Below are positions 62,623 through 64,000 of a DNA stretch of 64,000 nt, piece by piece. A program made the translations under genes and the position numbers. How positions within the stretch are numbered: the first letter of the stretch is position 1; every line of letters starts with the position of its first letter. The notes under the pieces are model-generated. The model worked only from the letters and a program-made list of their open reading frames with translations, was not told where the DNA came from and ran no database searches. Origin of the DNA: Dehalococcoidia bacterium (GTDB taxonomy: Bacteria > Chloroflexota > Dehalococcoidia > Lucifugimonadales > UBA1123); contig JAGWBK010000001.1 in assembly GCA_021295915.1 (NCBI GenBank), forward strand, positions 11,644 to 75,643. Direction: 5' to 3'.

Positions 62623-64000
62623 CTACAGGCCCAGAATCGCCCCGTTTTCGTCCGCGTCGAGCTGGCGTGGCGACCCGGGCAGTCCCGGCATGGTGACGAT
62701 GTTGCCCGCGATTGGGTAGATGAACCCAGCGCCGACTGAGGCTCGAACATCCGAGATCTGGAACACGTACCCGGACGGACGCCCCTTCAAATTGGCCCTA
62801 TGCGATATCGACAGGTGGGTCTTCGCCATGCACACCGGCAGTTTGCCCCAACCTCTCTCCTGGAATTGTCGCAACTGCCGACCTGCAGCGAGCACATACG
62901 ATACGCGGTCCGCGTTATATACACGCTTTGCAAGGGCAGTGACTTTGTCCCTCAGCGTATCGTCCATCTCGTAGGCGTAGCTGATTTCAGGATGTTCGTC
63001 GGCACTGGTCGCCTCTATGACGGCGTTGGCGAGGTTGATGCCTCCGGCACCGCCGTCCGCGAAGACCTTGCTCTCCACGGCTGCGAAGGCTCCTGCTTCT
63101 TCAGCACCTCTCTTCATGATGGCAGTCTCTTCAGGAGTGTCCGTAGGGAAGTGGTTGAGCGCGACGACTACCGGCAAGTTGAAAGAACGGATCATCCCGA
63201 TAAGGTGTGTCAGGTTTGACATCCCCTCTTCAACGGCTTCCCTGTTGGGTACTTCCAGGTCCCGCACTCTTACTCCGCCGTGGTACTTAACGGCTCGAAC
63301 GGAGGCTACGATGACGGCGGCGTGTGGCTCGAGACCGTTGAACCTTGCCTTAATGTGCATAAACTTCTCGAAGCCAAGGTCTGCTCCGAAGCCGGCCTCT
63401 GACAGCACGTAGTCCGCGTAACCGAGAGCAAGCCTATCGCCGACCACGGACGAGCACCCGTGGGCAATATTTCCGAAGGGGCCGGCATGAACTATCACGG
63501 GTTGGCCTTCAGTCGTCTGTACGATGTTTGGCTGGATTGCGTACCTCAGAAGGGCCATCATCGAGCCAACAGCCTCGACGTCGTCGGCAGTGACCGGATC
63601 TCCTTGGTTCGTGTATCCGACGACTATTCGACTGAGTCGAGCGCGGAGGTCTTCGAGATCCCGAGCCAGTGCCAGGATCGCCATGATCTCTGACGCGGTC
63701 ACGATGTCAAAACCGCTCTCCCGAACCGGCGCGTTGTTCGACCCGCCAATGCCGGTCATGATCGAACGCAGGGCGCGGTCTTCGACGTCTGTGACCCGCC
63801 TCCATGTGATGCCCTCGGGCCTGAATCCTGGAACCCGGTCGCGCTGGGCTGCATTGTCGGTCAGAGCTGCGAGCAGATTGTGTGCCGAGCTAACGGCGTG
63901 AGCGTCGCCGGTGAAGTGAATGTTGACCTCGTCCTGGGGTTCGATCAGGCTCTTTCCTCCACCAGTGCCGCCTCCCTTGATGCCAAATATCGGCCCCAAC
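62623..64000 (-). CDS. fhs: Formate--tetrahydrofolate ligase, N-terminus beyond the window edge
   Basis: FGIKGGGTGGG and PVIVHAGPFGNIAHGCSS are FTHFS motifs. The ORF is open to the window end. Confidence 0.93.
   Translation of the reverse strand, partial: LGPIFGIKGGGTGGGKSLIEPQDEVNIHFTGDAHAVSSAHNLLAALTDNAAQRDRVPGFRPEGITWRRVTDVEDRALRSIMTGIGGSNNAPVRESGFDIVTASEIMAILALARDLEDLRARLSRIVVGYTNQGDPVTADDVEAVGSMMALLRYAIQPNIVQTTEGQPVIVHAGPFGNIAHGCSSVVGDRLALGYADYVLSEAGFGADLGFEKFMHIKARFNGLEPHAAVIVASVRAVKYHGGVRVRDLEVPNREAVEEGMSNLTHLIGMIRSFNLPVVVALNHFPTDTPEETAIMKRGAEEAGAFAAVESKVFADGGAGGINLANAVIEATSADEHPEISYAYEMDDTLRDKVTALAKRVYNADRVSYVLAAGRQLRQFQERGWGKLPVCMAKTHLSISHRANLKGRPSGYVFQISDVRASVGAGFIYPIAGNIVTMPGLPGSPRQLDADENGAILGL

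Overview
This is a gene-dense 64-kb chromosomal segment from a moderately GC-rich bacterium (GC judged by eye, not computed). I support about 57 protein genes and one tRNA. I saw no rRNA, CRISPR array, transposase, integrase, prophage or long repeat. Most genes are on the minus strand, many with 1-4-nt start/stop overlaps. Housekeeping genes: purA, dapA-asd and dapB, rpsO-pnp, glmS, cmk-plsC, secA, polX, prs, dtd, thiE, a membrane pyrophosphatase and tRNA-Leu(UAA). Accessory modules:
- An amidase with a small AtzG/GatC-like partner, plus a hydrolase and an MFS gene.
- Two tandem family-III CoA-transferases facing a 2-hydroxyacid dehydrogenase.
- A tight operon of a CinA-like/NadD-like fusion, ubiD, ubiA, ubiX, an orphan ComE-like TPP subunit and a PHP phosphoesterase, facing a geranylgeranyl-reductase-like flavoprotein.
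- A carbamoyltransferase-fold gene with degenerate catalytic motifs.
- CofE (F420) next to a Memo-family protein with a PqqD-like N-terminal module.
- An NYN-domain protein and a translin-family protein.
- A minus-strand Mo/W and C1 run of about 15 kb: fhs, two moeA (one fused to a binding-protein domain), mobA, a moaD-like gene, a tungsten-type aldehyde:ferredoxin oxidoreductase, NuoE/NuoF-like genes, a Cys-type formate dehydrogenase, a translationally coupled unknown protein and an IlvD/Edd dehydratase.
The gene content suggests a Chloroflexota-like, possibly marine SAR202-type lineage; this is low-confidence inference. All calls come from reading motifs in the supplied translations and the DNA. 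No database search was run. The ORF track starts each ORF at the first ATG/GTG/TTG, so I re-set several starts using Shine-Dalgarno (SD) spacing and homologue N-termini. No single region is a clear novel system. The best candidates are the CinA/NadD-UbiD/A/X operon, the PqqD-like-Memo fusion, the degenerate carbamoyltransferase, the FDH-coupled unknown protein, the bacterial translin and the RGG-tailed PNPase.
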